From positions 96,001 through 160,000 of the IMG/VR virus record IMGVR_UViG_3300021426_000064: a stretch of DNA of 64,000 nt. One strand, given 5' to 3'. Position 1 is the stretch's first letter. Every line of letters starts with the position of its first letter. Below are positions 40,501-49,683 of the stretch, in pieces. This DNA is from a virus (lineage: Duplodnaviria; Caudoviricetes). Both the position numbers and the translations under genes were made by a program. A model generated the notes under the pieces. The model saw only the letters and a program-made list of their open reading frames with translations, did no database searches and was not told the DNA's origin.

Positions 40501-41339
40501 CGTCCCAGTTTATGGCCTCTGTAATCTCTATGGCCAACGACGACGACAAGAAAGAGAAGTACATGAAGGCTTGTGAAGACCTCGGTATTAAAATCACGCC
40601 GCCGGATGTCAATCTCTCCAAAGAAGGATTCACCGCAACAAGCGACAAAACTATCTCCTATGGTCTTTCCTCTATAAAAGGAATTAAGCAGACAGCGGAT
40701 ATTATTGCCAATGCGCCTTATAAAGACCTCAAAGATGCGTACGAGCGTATTCCAAAGAAGTCCTTTAATAAGAAAGTGGCGGAAGGGTTAATCAAGGCCG
40801 GCGCCTTTGATTTTGCGAATAAAAACCGAAAAGAGCTTCTGAACGAATATATCACGCTTTCCAATCAGGGAAAGACGAAGAGCCAGCAGCGCGAGCTTTT
40901 GGAAAACACTACGTACGACAAAATGGATTGTATGCAGATGGAAGTAGAAACGCTTGGCCGTTCTATCACATACGAACCTGCATGGAAAGGCGCTCTTGCA
41001 GGGGAACGTCTCTCTGGTAATTGCACACTCAAGAGCATTAAGCACCATATTACAAAATCTACCAAGAAACGTATGGCCATGCTCACTGTAATCAATGAGA
41101 CTTATGCGATTGAAGCGTTGCTTTTCCCGAAAGAATATCCTAAATACGTTAATCTCTTGAATAACTACGAGGATGGACAACTGGTATATATTGAAGGTGC
41201 GATGGATAAGGAAGGCAAGAAGCTCATTATCAATAGCATCAGCGCACCACAGATTGAGAATCAGGAGCCGGAAAAAGCTGTTAACAATACCGGCATGCCA
41301 GTATTCAACTTTGACCCATTCGACTTCAATGCTGCGTAA
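37578..41339 (+). CDS. dnaE: DNA polymerase III alpha subunit (DnaE-type)
   Basis: PHP motifs HLHTIYS.LDG and TDHG, GPGRGSAGASLV, PPDIDLDF, HASGVI, KFDVLGLKTL, YQEQLM, FASYCFN..H. Confidence 0.95.
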   Translation: MALNELICEIAGEDPRKEIAAQFAGGNADFVHCHLHTIYSTLDGLCKPDILAKRAKELGFKAVAVTDHGHSGGALAFQQAMKKQGIKSLLGAELYYTPDMKIAAMEKEDRDAWALRELLKDKEARCICNWDITKKKSDRKSRDEYMAMLLETIEDQTQRDIKNVTIENIRKVFGKDEMSAFKRLNKDIFDEFAYDMRQYHLIVIAMNQTGWKNLVAIQSIASRECQYNNRALTDLNLLKKYNEGLIICTACVGSIFSRYVQKRRPDLAEEALLEFKEVFGDRFYLEIQPITIPQQMMTNPFYMEMAKKHGIKTIATTDTHYVFKEDHEVHDAYMCISTGRYLDDTIDRERWEAAHKSGKSEYKERMKYTNDYWFRDVNEMIDAFLTQEDYGKNFFSEENKLSIEEYRRYWIAAMKETVSLANRVEDNILIGSATTLYPKVKNIPQGFTSDSWLTAQAVNGLVKYADKMKKAGTPIDFKAYSDRLFDELAVIKTKHYADYFLGVQEYTNWANSINPETGLPFCCSGPGRGSAGASLVLFCIGITHNIDPVKYDLMFSRFLTMDRNEPPDIDLDFSWKHRPLVIHHLEEVYGEDHVCHIGAWTTESIYTGIKDFARVLAKPVSVADKINKELQAICNKDPKACFKMFDDMKESNPDGYKRFKALEESEPQVFKYARQCEGVIRQWTTHASGVIACPETLIGLIPTRYDKSENTTVALFSGVECEKAGLIKFDVLGLKTLDIVEGTLLSIDKDFEWLYDTVTMDDKKAFKMICEGKTEAMFQIESDMMKGLVKNIQPTSIEDLSALVAIGRPGPLSVGVDKDYADWKKHPENIKEYLPNIQDFLVRSHGTIVYQEQLMQISMRCFGFNQAQSDSIMRKILGKKKVEQLPMLRRIMIYGMKSGKGPDGWRENDDSVWYDEDGHYGDPICGGIALGYNKEQIEKFFNDIQGFASYCFNLGHSLAYGYIALLSAYLKAHYPSQFMASVISMANDDDKKEKYMKACEDLGIKITPPDVNLSKEGFTATSDKTISYGLSSIKGIKQTADIIANAPYKDLKDAYERIPKKSFNKKVAEGLIKAGAFDFANKNRKELLNEYITLSNQGKTKSQQRELLENTTYDKMDCMQMEVETLGRSITYEPAWKGALAGERLSGNCTLKSIKHHITKSTKKRMAMLTVINETYAIEALLFPKEYPKYVNLLNNYEDGQLVYIEGAMDKEGKKLIINSISAPQIENQEPEKAVNNTGMPVFNFDPFDFNAA

Positions 41340-41408
41340 TCGCCTCAAAAACAGGTAATATAGGAATCGTACCCGTCAAGTTAACCTGTCTAGCAGAAAG
41401 GAAAATGC

Positions 41409-41690
41409 ATGATGGAAAAAACGAATCAGGTAACGATTCAGAAATCTATCGAAGCTTCTCTCAAGGTTCTTGAGACTGTAGGTGACCCCACGGTTGTGAG
41501 TGAAGCCAAGAAGATTGAGGCGAATGTCAACAAGATGGTTGATATTAACCGCCCGATGGTAGAAGCTTACGCTGAAGAGCTGAAAGCTTTTGACCAGAGC
41601 CTTGTTGCTAAGTATGGCATGAAGGCGGCCCGTGTTATTGAAGCTGTAATTCTTGTAGCACTGGCAGTAAAAAATTTCTATCTGGGCTGA
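41409..41690 (+). CDS. Hypothetical protein with C-terminal hydrophobic helix
   Basis: 93 aa, AAAGGA SD, preceded by GTAATA motif. Confidence 0.6.
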   Translation: MMEKTNQVTIQKSIEASLKVLETVGDPTVVSEAKKIEANVNKMVDINRPMVEAYAEELKAFDQSLVAKYGMKAARVIEAVILVALAVKNFYLG

Positions 41691-41706
41691 TCTGCCCAAA
41701 GAAACC

Positions 41707-41731
41707 AGACCGGAGCAATCCGGTCTTTTTT
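41707..41731 (+). terminator. Intrinsic terminator
   Basis: AGACCGGA-gcaa-TCCGGTCT-TTTTT. Confidence 0.85.
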
Positions 41732-41779
41732 CTATGCTGCAAAACGGGCGGTAATATCTGATAGAAAGGCGGTGGGAAA

Positions 41780-42001
41780 ATGAGGCCAACAATTCTTAGT
41801 GATAACCCATATATCCGTGAGAACCGAGAACTGATTAACAAAATTCGTGAGATTTGCCATGCGGGCGGCGATACGGGGCGCGCTCTTTATGAGCAGATTC
41901 CGGAATTTGAACACAGTGAGGGACCGAACGGCGAATGGATATACTTAAAACCCGTCAAGGACGGTTTTTATGGGTGGGCTATTCCGGACTGGGGAGAATA
42001 A
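41780..42001 (+). CDS. Hypothetical protein
   Basis: 73 aa ORF after GTAATA motif and SD-like sequence. Confidence 0.55.
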   Translation: MRPTILSDNPYIRENRELINKIREICHAGGDTGRALYEQIPEFEHSEGPNGEWIYLKPVKDGFYGWAIPDWGE

Positions 42002-42131
42002 TTTGTAGCAATTTTCCAGAAAAACTTTTATCAGTCATGTTTATATGGAAAAGACCTTCCGTAATGTCGGTGTGAGATTGAGCAAAACAGTATACTTCTC
42101 TTTCTAACGCATCTTCACTTACAGGAAAGAG

Positions 42132-42407
42132 GTGGCAAAAGTTTTGTTTAAGCAACTTCTTAAAATGCTTTTTTGTGAAAACGAAGAAGCTAGTTTGTCC
42201 AAGGTGCTTACGGCCTTATATTTTTTGCTGTTTGCGGGCGTAAGCATCTATCTCGTAGTCTTCAATATTCATTGGCAGAGCTATGAGATTTTCGCAGCCT
42301 TTGCCGGCGGTGGTGGCGCTGTTGCACAGGTTTCGCACAAATTCATAAACAGCAAGTACAATTCGGTTCCGGGCGGTTTTGAGTCGAATCAGGTCGACCG
42401 GAAGTAA
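42132..42407 (+). CDS. Holin-like small membrane protein
   Basis: Two hydrophobic segments (SLSKVLTALYF..., YEIFAAFAGGG), charged C-terminus. Confidence 0.55.
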   Translation: MAKVLFKQLLKMLFCENEEASLSKVLTALYFLLFAGVSIYLVVFNIHWQSYEIFAAFAGGGGAVAQVSHKFINSKYNSVPGGFESNQVDRK

Positions 42408-42426
42408 ACCGAGAAGGATTTTTAAC

Positions 42427-42825
42427 ATGAGAACTGAATTTTGGAATGAGCTCGAAGAAATCGCGCTCGAAGCCAAGGAAGCTCTCTGGTGTCAGGCTGA
42501 GACGGAAGATGTGGATATTACAATCAGCGTCTTCCGTCAAAGTACTATTTTTGAAGACTATCATATTGTAATCGATGAAGAAGCGAAGCTTATCGTCGTG
42601 GACGAGAACTTTAAAAACAGTGGCGCCGATATTCGAGTGGCAGTCATATCTGACCATGGCGATATTAACGAAGACCAGATGCAGACATTGGCTGGGGCAC
42701 TCGCCGTACTGGTAGATGTGCTCGATATTGAATTTGACGATGAGCATATTTTCCTGCCGGACTGTCTATCTACGGAAGAAATTCTGGAGATAACAGAATG
42801 GTATTTGGAAAATGGTTTTGGATAA
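42427..42825 (+). CDS. Acidic, degenerate N-acetylmuramoyl-L-alanine amidase-like protein
   Basis: FEDYHIVID, NSG...VAV and Q...LA..LAVL...L.I....HI resemble the amidase_2 scaffold, but the Zn-binding His motifs are absent. Confidence 0.45.
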   Translation: MRTEFWNELEEIALEAKEALWCQAETEDVDITISVFRQSTIFEDYHIVIDEEAKLIVVDENFKNSGADIRVAVISDHGDINEDQMQTLAGALAVLVDVLDIEFDDEHIFLPDCLSTEEILEITEWYLENGFG

Positions 42826-42848
42826 GCCGCTTTTTGGAGGGGCATATA

Positions 42849-43046
42849 ATGGCAGTAAAAACGATTGAAGTTGTAAGCGACCGCCCGCTTAGCTCCGTAG
42901 AAATGGCAAAGATCCAGGGTATCCTGGTAGAATCAAAATGCGAATACGAATCTCTCAGAAACTCTATTGATGGAGTAACCGGTTTTGATGGCGGAGTAAT
43001 TACAATCGGCTCCGGCATTGGCTATAGATCATATATTGAAGTTTGA
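42849..43046 (+). CDS. Small hypothetical protein
   Basis: ATG after GGAGGGG, 65 aa. Confidence 0.55.
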   Translation: MAVKTIEVVSDRPLSSVEMAKIQGILVESKCEYESLRNSIDGVTGFDGGVITIGSGIGYRSYIEV

Positions 43047-43242
43047 GAGCATACAAAAAGAGCGGCGGCCCATTAAGTAAATAGGCGCCACTCTTTTTGC
43101 GTAGTAGAGCTAAAGTAGTTTTCAAGGAGGAAATAAACGCTTGTCTTAAAGACACTCGCACCTCCAATATTACCGGGATTTTCTCTTTTGATACCGGATA
43201 GCAACAAAGCATGTAAGGAAATATTTTTTAGAGGTAACACGA

Positions 43243-43743
43243 ATGGCTGTAAAAAGCATATACAAAGAGCTTTTAGATATGGCTCAGGATTCTCAAGTTA
43301 ATGACGATATGGATATTGATATGATGGAGCCTTTTTTGGGCGACATGGCAGATATTATGTCCAACTACGATGAAAGCGAAAGTAAAATTGCCTACTTGCC
43401 AATAAAAAGGCATTACATTGAACAAAATGGCTTAAGATATGATATTAGCGGCATTCTCTCTTATGCAGTTAGAGATGGAATACCGAAAAACATTCTTGAT
43501 GAATATATAGATGGGGAGTTCTTTAATGATTATCCCGTAGCGGTTTCTTTTCTTATGCGGCGGGATGACTATATAAAAATGCAGCGGGAAACATTCACCA
43601 ATGGCCTTTACAATATTCTGCGATTCAGCCGGGGAATGCATAATGTATTTTCAGCCGGCCATATCGTAACGGTATATGGTGACTCGGAAAATGTAACAGT
43701 TATTGCCGGCTTTAGTAAAGAAGGGGACGAGTTAGATGATTGA
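43243..43743 (+). CDS. Hypothetical protein
   Basis: 166 aa, GAGG SD. Confidence 0.6.
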   Translation: MAVKSIYKELLDMAQDSQVNDDMDIDMMEPFLGDMADIMSNYDESESKIAYLPIKRHYIEQNGLRYDISGILSYAVRDGIPKNILDEYIDGEFFNDYPVAVSFLMRRDDYIKMQRETFTNGLYNILRFSRGMHNVFSAGHIVTVYGDSENVTVIAGFSKEGDELDD

Positions 43744-44038
43744 TTATATTAAGAGCGCAAAAAGACTGGCCGCCGAAAACGACGATGTGTTGCATATGCA
43801 TATTGAATGTGTAGACAACGGATATATACTGCATTCTCGGAATAAGTTTTTTGACTCGGATGAACTGCGAAAAATCACCGACGGTAATATACAGGTAAAA
43901 ATGTTAAACCCTTTTCATCCGTATGAATCAGACTGGTTTATTCCTGCGCCTGGTAGTGAAGCGAGGAAACTAATTCTGGAGTCAAATTTATACCTCTTGT
44001 TTCTGAAAATCTTAGGGAAAACGGAAAACAGGGCGTAA
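43736..44038 (+). CDS. Hypothetical protein
   Basis: 100 aa, overlaps the upstream stop. Confidence 0.55.
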   Translation: MIDYIKSAKRLAAENDDVLHMHIECVDNGYILHSRNKFFDSDELRKITDGNIQVKMLNPFHPYESDWFIPAPGSEARKLILESNLYLLFLKILGKTENRA

Positions 44039-44094
44039 TAACCCGAACAGTAGAGTAGTAGTAATAGGCCGGAGGGCCTTGGAGGAAAAGACTT

Positions 44095-45288
44095 TTGGAA
44101 ATTAAAAAGGAATATAACCAGTCTCTTGAAGAGACGTACGATGATTGGAAGTATCGCATTATCCTTGGAAAAAGAGACGGTAAAGTAGATATGAGCTGGG
44201 ATGAAATCATCTCTATGCTTGGCCTCACCTGTTCCAATGATTATTTACGCAAAATAGCCGCGGGTATTGAGGGGTATCGCAATTATTTGCGAAATAGAAA
44301 TGAAGAGACCTTAGAGAATGCACCGCAGTCCGCCATTGATGCTATTGACGATAAAGAGTTCCAGCTCCGCCGCCAAAAGATGCGTATGCAGGATCAGAAG
44401 CGTGAGCTTAATAAGAAACTTCGTGAATGGGCGCGGGCGGAACATATTCAGGAAGAGTTTATTAAGGCTGTTAAAGACCTGCCAAAACTTCCCGAAGTCA
44501 ATCCCATTAATAAGATTAATGGCGATAAAGAAGGCATACTGATGCTTTCTGACTGGCATGCCGGTATGGTGTCGGACAATGCGTGCAATATATTTAATAC
44601 CCGCGTTCTGCAGGAGAGAGTACAGACGCTGGTGGATAAAACCATAGAGGCATGTGTCTGTCATAATATCAGTAAGGTACACATTTTCTGTCTCGGCGAT
44701 ATGGTCAATGGACTTATCCATGTGACCACCCGCATTAACAACGAGGAAGATGTTGTTAAACAGAGCATGTTGGTGGCCGAACTTATCTGTAAGGTAATCA
44801 ATGAGCTGTTGGAAGTGGCAGATGTTGAATTATACTGGAGCCGTGGCAACCATGATCGCGTAGTAGCTAACAAAAAAGAGTCAATCTGTACCGAGAGCTT
44901 TGCGGATATGATTCTCTGGTATATCAAGGCAAGGCTTGAAAATACAGACGGGCTTTCCTTCCATGAAAATGAGGTGGACGATGAGATTGTCGTGGCAGAC
45001 GTACTGGGTAACACTATATTCGCTGCCCATGGCCATAAAGATAAACCGACAAAAGCCGTGGAAAATCTTTCTCTTCTCTTAAAGAAGTTCCCAGACATGG
45101 TTTTATTGGGGCATTTTCATAGCGCAGCAGAACGAGAAGTGCAGGGCGCGGAAGTCATTGTAAATGGTTCGCTCTGCGGAACGGATGGGTACGCATTTAG
45201 TTTGCGGTGTACAAGCCACCCGGTTCAGAAGTTCTTAGTAATGAGCAAGCAAGGGCGAGAATGTACATATAATATTCGCCTCGACTAA
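44095..45288 (+). CDS. Calcineurin-like metallophosphoesterase with N-terminal HTH/coiled coil
   Basis: LSDWHAG, GDMVNG, GNHDR, AHGH and GHFH motifs. Confidence 0.88.
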   Translation: MEIKKEYNQSLEETYDDWKYRIILGKRDGKVDMSWDEIISMLGLTCSNDYLRKIAAGIEGYRNYLRNRNEETLENAPQSAIDAIDDKEFQLRRQKMRMQDQKRELNKKLREWARAEHIQEEFIKAVKDLPKLPEVNPINKINGDKEGILMLSDWHAGMVSDNACNIFNTRVLQERVQTLVDKTIEACVCHNISKVHIFCLGDMVNGLIHVTTRINNEEDVVKQSMLVAELICKVINELLEVADVELYWSRGNHDRVVANKKESICTESFADMILWYIKARLENTDGLSFHENEVDDEIVVADVLGNTIFAAHGHKDKPTKAVENLSLLLKKFPDMVLLGHFHSAAEREVQGAEVIVNGSLCGTDGYAFSLRCTSHPVQKFLVMSKQGRECTYNIRLD

Positions 45289-45444
45289 ATACATAACACA
45301 TCATAGCTCGTCGGCAGCGGTAATATTGCTCATGAAATAACATACTTCAAAATATGTTAGGGGCTAAGGCTAGAGCGAGGGGCATAAGCCTTGTGCAAGA
45401 AAACACTCCAGAGAATAACACGATATGTAAGGGTGTGTGATTTT

Positions 45445-45849
45445 ATGGAGCTTGAAGCGGTTGGGCAGATAGTTGGCGTACTTGGATTTTTAGGAACCGT
45501 ATTTGGCTTTCTGTTTAAGACATACGGGAAAATCCGGGACTATCTGAACACACAGAACAATTTTCAGGAGCGACTGGAAAACAAGACTGTTGAAATGAAA
45601 GATACTATGGCTGGCCTAAAAGAGGACGTTGCCAAAATTCGAGAGTCGGATATGGTCCAGTCGGAAGGATTGCAGTGTGTGCTCAGAGAACAGTTGCTTA
45701 AAAACATGGAGCCGTGCATAATTAACGGTAAGGCGGACGACCATACACGAGAGAATGTTGAGCATATGTATGTTGCTTATCGGGCTCTTGGCGGCAACGG
45801 TATGATCGAAGCAATGTATAAGCAGTTTGGCAAGCTTCCGCCCGCTTAA
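45445..45849 (+). CDS. Phage membrane protein (N-terminal TM plus coiled coil, lysis-cassette type)
   Basis: TM helix, heptads, Y.AY.ALGGNG motif. Start refined to ATG 45445. Confidence 0.6.
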   Translation: MELEAVGQIVGVLGFLGTVFGFLFKTYGKIRDYLNTQNNFQERLENKTVEMKDTMAGLKEDVAKIRESDMVQSEGLQCVLREQLLKNMEPCIINGKADDHTRENVEHMYVAYRALGGNGMIEAMYKQFGKLPPA

Positions 45850-45893
45850 AAATGGCGTTCGTAATTCGAGCGTCGCAAAATATTATACCAGAT

Positions 45894-45926
45894 AAAAATA
45901 AGGCATATATCTTGCCTTATTTTTTT
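45894..45926 (+). terminator. Intrinsic (possibly bidirectional) terminator
   Basis: AAAAATAAGGCA...TGCCTTATTTTTTT. Confidence 0.75.
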
Positions 45927-46049
45927 ATGCTATAGGCGCCATAAAACAGCATAAGTAGGCTGTAATAAGCGGACTGTAAGACTATTAATAAGCATAACCA
46001 TAATAATAATGCTATAAAACGTAGGAGCTGTAGGAGGAATCCGTAAACA

Positions 46050-46982
46050 ATGTCAATGACAAGTATTAAGCAAATAAATGGCGGCAAAGAACTTCAAGGC
46101 GATGTTCACGCCCTGTTAAATATAGTTGGAAAAGATAAGGAAGCGTTCTTTAACGAAATACTTAACTGGCTTTTGTCGGAAGCGCCGCAGGATTTTAATC
46201 CAGAAATTCTTAGAAGTAGTAAGTTAGTTAAGTTAGTAAGCTCGGCAGTAACAGTAAATAATGAATCTGACGTGCCGACAAAAACTCCTTACCTTAGCTT
46301 TATAGAGGAAAATGGTGAGCCATTCACTCTTAAGACTAATAATCTAGCCAAAAACTGGGATGGCACTCTTGAGTATTCAACTGATACTCAGAATTGGTCT
46401 GAGTGGGATGGCGCCGAAATTAGTTCTTCTAGTGATGGTAAGTTATATCTAAGGGGTATAGGAAATTCCAAAATTACTGGTAGTATTAACATACAATTTG
46501 TGCTAACCGACAACAAACGTATTCAATGTTTGGGCAACATAGAAAACTTATTAGACTACGCAACAGTATCTGCAGGTAATCATCCTGTAATGGCTGATTT
46601 TTGCTATAGCTCCATATTCTGTGACTGCACTTCCTTAACTGCAGCACCAGCGCTTCCCGCCACTACTTTAACTAAAATTTGTTATTCTAAGATGTTCAGT
46701 GGCTGTACTTCTCTTACTCAAGCACCTGAACTTCCTGCAACTATTTTAATTAAAAATTGCTATACTCAGATGTTCAAAGGATGTACTTCCCTTACTAAAG
46801 CCCCAGAAGAACTTCCAGCTACTACATTGGCAGGAAATTGCTATAGCAGCATGTTCGCTGACTGTACTTCCCTCACTGGTACTATTCATTGCCCTGCATC
46901 TACGGCAAATGATGAATATAGACTTGATGCCAATTCTAATAATATTCCAGCTAATACTGCTACCGTAGTTTATGACCTATAA
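46050..46982 (+). CDS. BspA-like leucine-rich-repeat virion/adhesin protein
   Basis: Repeats of LPATTL...CY..MF..CTSLT.AP. N-terminus shared with 57348 and 60227. Confidence 0.75.
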   Translation: MSMTSIKQINGGKELQGDVHALLNIVGKDKEAFFNEILNWLLSEAPQDFNPEILRSSKLVKLVSSAVTVNNESDVPTKTPYLSFIEENGEPFTLKTNNLAKNWDGTLEYSTDTQNWSEWDGAEISSSSDGKLYLRGIGNSKITGSINIQFVLTDNKRIQCLGNIENLLDYATVSAGNHPVMADFCYSSIFCDCTSLTAAPALPATTLTKICYSKMFSGCTSLTQAPELPATILIKNCYTQMFKGCTSLTKAPEELPATTLAGNCYSSMFADCTSLTGTIHCPASTANDEYRLDANSNNIPANTATVVYDL

Positions 46983-46999
46983 ATAAAGGAGTATCTTAT

Positions 47000-48022
47000 A
47001 TGCTTTCATTAGCTCAGACGATAAAAGACTTAAAAAATAATATAGTAAATATCTTAAACACCATGGCGCCCAAAACATACGTTGACAAAAAGGTGGCTGA
47101 TTTAGTTAATGGAGCGCCGGCGCAATTGGATACGCTTCAAGAATTATCCAAGGCGTTGAATAATGATAAGGACTTCGCTACAACAGTCAATAACTCCATC
47201 GCTAAGAAATTGAATATAGCCGGTGGTACGATTACTGGGGACCTTACAGTAAATGGTGCGCTAACAGGCAAGGCAAGTACGGCGGGAGTAGCCGATCGTG
47301 CTTTAAAAGCCGATGCATGCACTGGCAATGCCGCGTCAGCTTCCAGTGTTGCTTGGTCTGGAATAACCGGTAAGCCATCCAGCTATACACCTTCTGCGCA
47401 TAATCACGATAGTGCGTATCCTTCTACAACCGGAGTAAGGGCATCAGGGACTTGGGGTATCAATATTACCGGTTCTGCGGGTGGAGTAGCTTGGGCAAAT
47501 GTATCAGGCAAACCCACTTCTTTTACTCCGGCAAGCCATGGTCATGGTTGGGGAGAAATTAGTGATAAACCGGCACAAGCAACGAGATGGCCAACTTGGG
47601 GTGAGGTATCAGGAAAGCCTACCTCCTTTACACCTGCTACACACAATCATGCTTGGAATGACATTACGGGTAAACCATCAACATTTACGCCATCTGGCCA
47701 TAGCCATGGATGGGGCGATATCACTGGCGCACCGGCCACGGCTACGCGTTGGCCGACCTGGGATGAAATAACAGGCAAACCCGCTACCTTCCCGTCTAGT
47801 GGTGGCGGTACAGCGTCCAGTGTGGCATGGAATAATATTACAGGTAAACCATCGACTTTTGCACCGTCCAGCCATGGTCATGCATGGGGAGAGATTAGTG
47901 GAGCTCCGGCACAGGCGACCAGATGGCCGGCATGGAGCGAAGTTTCCAGTAAACCCGGAAGGATCGTTACCGTTGCATCTTGGGATGCTAGTACGGGTGT
48001 TCTGAAATTAAAAACGGTGTAA
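47000..48022 (+). CDS. Tail fibre protein
   Basis: LVNGAP..LDTL.EL..AL.ND..F motif, GGTITGDL, and repeats of W..I.GKP.TF.PS.H.H and ATRWPTW. Confidence 0.85.
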   Translation: MLSLAQTIKDLKNNIVNILNTMAPKTYVDKKVADLVNGAPAQLDTLQELSKALNNDKDFATTVNNSIAKKLNIAGGTITGDLTVNGALTGKASTAGVADRALKADACTGNAASASSVAWSGITGKPSSYTPSAHNHDSAYPSTTGVRASGTWGINITGSAGGVAWANVSGKPTSFTPASHGHGWGEISDKPAQATRWPTWGEVSGKPTSFTPATHNHAWNDITGKPSTFTPSGHSHGWGDITGAPATATRWPTWDEITGKPATFPSSGGGTASSVAWNNITGKPSTFAPSSHGHAWGEISGAPAQATRWPAWSEVSSKPGRIVTVASWDASTGVLKLKTV

Positions 48023-48034
48023 AGGATGTAGTCT

Positions 48035-48631
48035 ATGTCTCTTATTATTTCTGACGGCGAGCCAAAAGATATACAACTAAATGGAGCCGCCGTAAAAGAA
48101 GTTTGGTTTGACGGCAAAAAAGTTTGGCCTATTTTTGCCGTTATTATTGATGAATATACGATAACGGGTACGCTTACAACAGGTCTGTACTGGGAAAAAG
48201 AAAACGCAGATGGCGACTGCGAAGCGGTTGACCAGTGCTACGGCAATTGTCAGAACTCTGGTGTGCTTATTGACTGCGCAGGCGAAGGATATGAAAACTT
48301 CGTTGGCTATAAGTTGGAGTTAATTTTCAGTGCGCCCATTAAACATTTTCCGATAAAATACATTTCAAAATCTGGCGCCACAGTAATTATTGAAATTAAC
48401 AAATTTAAGTACGACAAAGAAAAAGGTACGTACACCCATGACTTTGGCGTATTAAAAGAGCTTGAACAAGTTCAATCCATATACCCTGCCGAAGGAGTAA
48501 AAGACTATAGCGTTTTCACATCTTGCAACATCACCGATGTAAACGAAGTGCCAGAGGATTGCTCCGAACCAGATTGTCAGTGCTCAGAGGAAATAAATTG
48601 TCCCGATGACGGCGCTGATGGCGGATTGTAA
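48035..48631 (+). CDS. Cys/acidic-rich fibre-associated protein, candidate radical SAM substrate
   Basis: N-terminal I.LNG..VKEVWFDGKKVW phage module. 9 Cys in two acidic clusters. Confidence 0.6.
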   Translation: MSLIISDGEPKDIQLNGAAVKEVWFDGKKVWPIFAVIIDEYTITGTLTTGLYWEKENADGDCEAVDQCYGNCQNSGVLIDCAGEGYENFVGYKLELIFSAPIKHFPIKYISKSGATVIIEINKFKYDKEKGTYTHDFGVLKELEQVQSIYPAEGVKDYSVFTSCNITDVNEVPEDCSEPDCQCSEEINCPDDGADGGL

Positions 48632-48648
48632 TAATAAAAGGTAAAAAA

Positions 48649-49683
48649 ATGAAGAAAAAAGTAAAAAAGATATTTTTCATGCTTGGCCCCAAATGCAACC
48701 TTCAATGTAAATACTGCTTGCAGCATGATATGGTTGAGTACGACACAGTAACCGTAAAGCCGGAAGTTAAGGAATGGCTGCGAGAACAAGTGCCGACAGA
48801 TTCAGAACCCCCATTTTGGGTTATCTTTTATGGCGGAGAACCGCTAGTTTATTGGGACACCATAAAAGACATCGTAAAAAGTGTAAGAGGAAATGTCCAA
48901 TATTCTATGATATCAAACGGAAAATTAATGACGGCCGATAAAGTCGATTTCATTAATGACTACGGTATGTGTACCATGATTTCATGGGACGGGGCCAATG
49001 TAGAAAAGACCCGTGGATATGATGTTGTAAAAAGCAATCCATGTATTTTAGACATAAAAAAGCTTGGCTTCTCGGCCGTACTAAGCTCTTATACATATCC
49101 TCTGGATTTTCTGAACGAAGCAGAGCCCATCCTTGCGGAGTATAAAAAAATCCATGGTTATGCTCCGATGATTAATATAGACACAATTATGGATTTTGGA
49201 AATTGCGGAGAACTACGTAAAATGGATTGCCGCAAGATTTCTGAACAGATGAATTTTATAATCAAACACAAGAAGGATAAGGGCTCGTATTACGGCATAG
49301 TTAGTAGGCTACAGAAGAAATATGTATTCTATAAGGAATATGTAGACAAGCGCGCCGTTTGCGGAAACGGCTACACTATCTGGAATGTGGATATTAATGG
49401 AGATCTTTACCGCTGTCATAACTGCGGCGAAAAAGTAGGAACTATCCATGACGACCCCGAAGATATTCTGGCTAGAGTAAAAGCCATTGACCCCACTTAT
49501 GAATATTACAAGAGCAAATGTAAGGATTGCCCGGCACAGCCGTTATGCCGCAGCGGATGTCCGATGATAGACGCTCAAGGGCGCGAAGATTATTTTTGCG
49601 GCATCCGAAAAGCATATTTGGGGCCAATCATTGAAGACTTTAATACTCCTAAGGAAACAGGAAGGATAATACACATTGGGTAA
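48649..49683 (+). CDS. Radical SAM/SPASM-domain protein
   Basis: CNLQCKYC, FYGGEPL, and SPASM cysteines CGNG...GDLYRC...CKDC....LCRSGCP...C. Confidence 0.92.
   Translation: MKKKVKKIFFMLGPKCNLQCKYCLQHDMVEYDTVTVKPEVKEWLREQVPTDSEPPFWVIFYGGEPLVYWDTIKDIVKSVRGNVQYSMISNGKLMTADKVDFINDYGMCTMISWDGANVEKTRGYDVVKSNPCILDIKKLGFSAVLSSYTYPLDFLNEAEPILAEYKKIHGYAPMINIDTIMDFGNCGELRKMDCRKISEQMNFIIKHKKDKGSYYGIVSRLQKKYVFYKEYVDKRAVCGNGYTIWNVDINGDLYRCHNCGEKVGTIHDDPEDILARVKAIDPTYEYYKSKCKDCPAQPLCRSGCPMIDAQGREDYFCGIRKAYLGPIIEDFNTPKETGRIIHIG

Noticed and set aside
37578-41339. Intein or intron in DnaE
   Set aside because: The ORF is uninterrupted, and the insertions lack C/S...HN splice termini and homing-endonuclease motifs.
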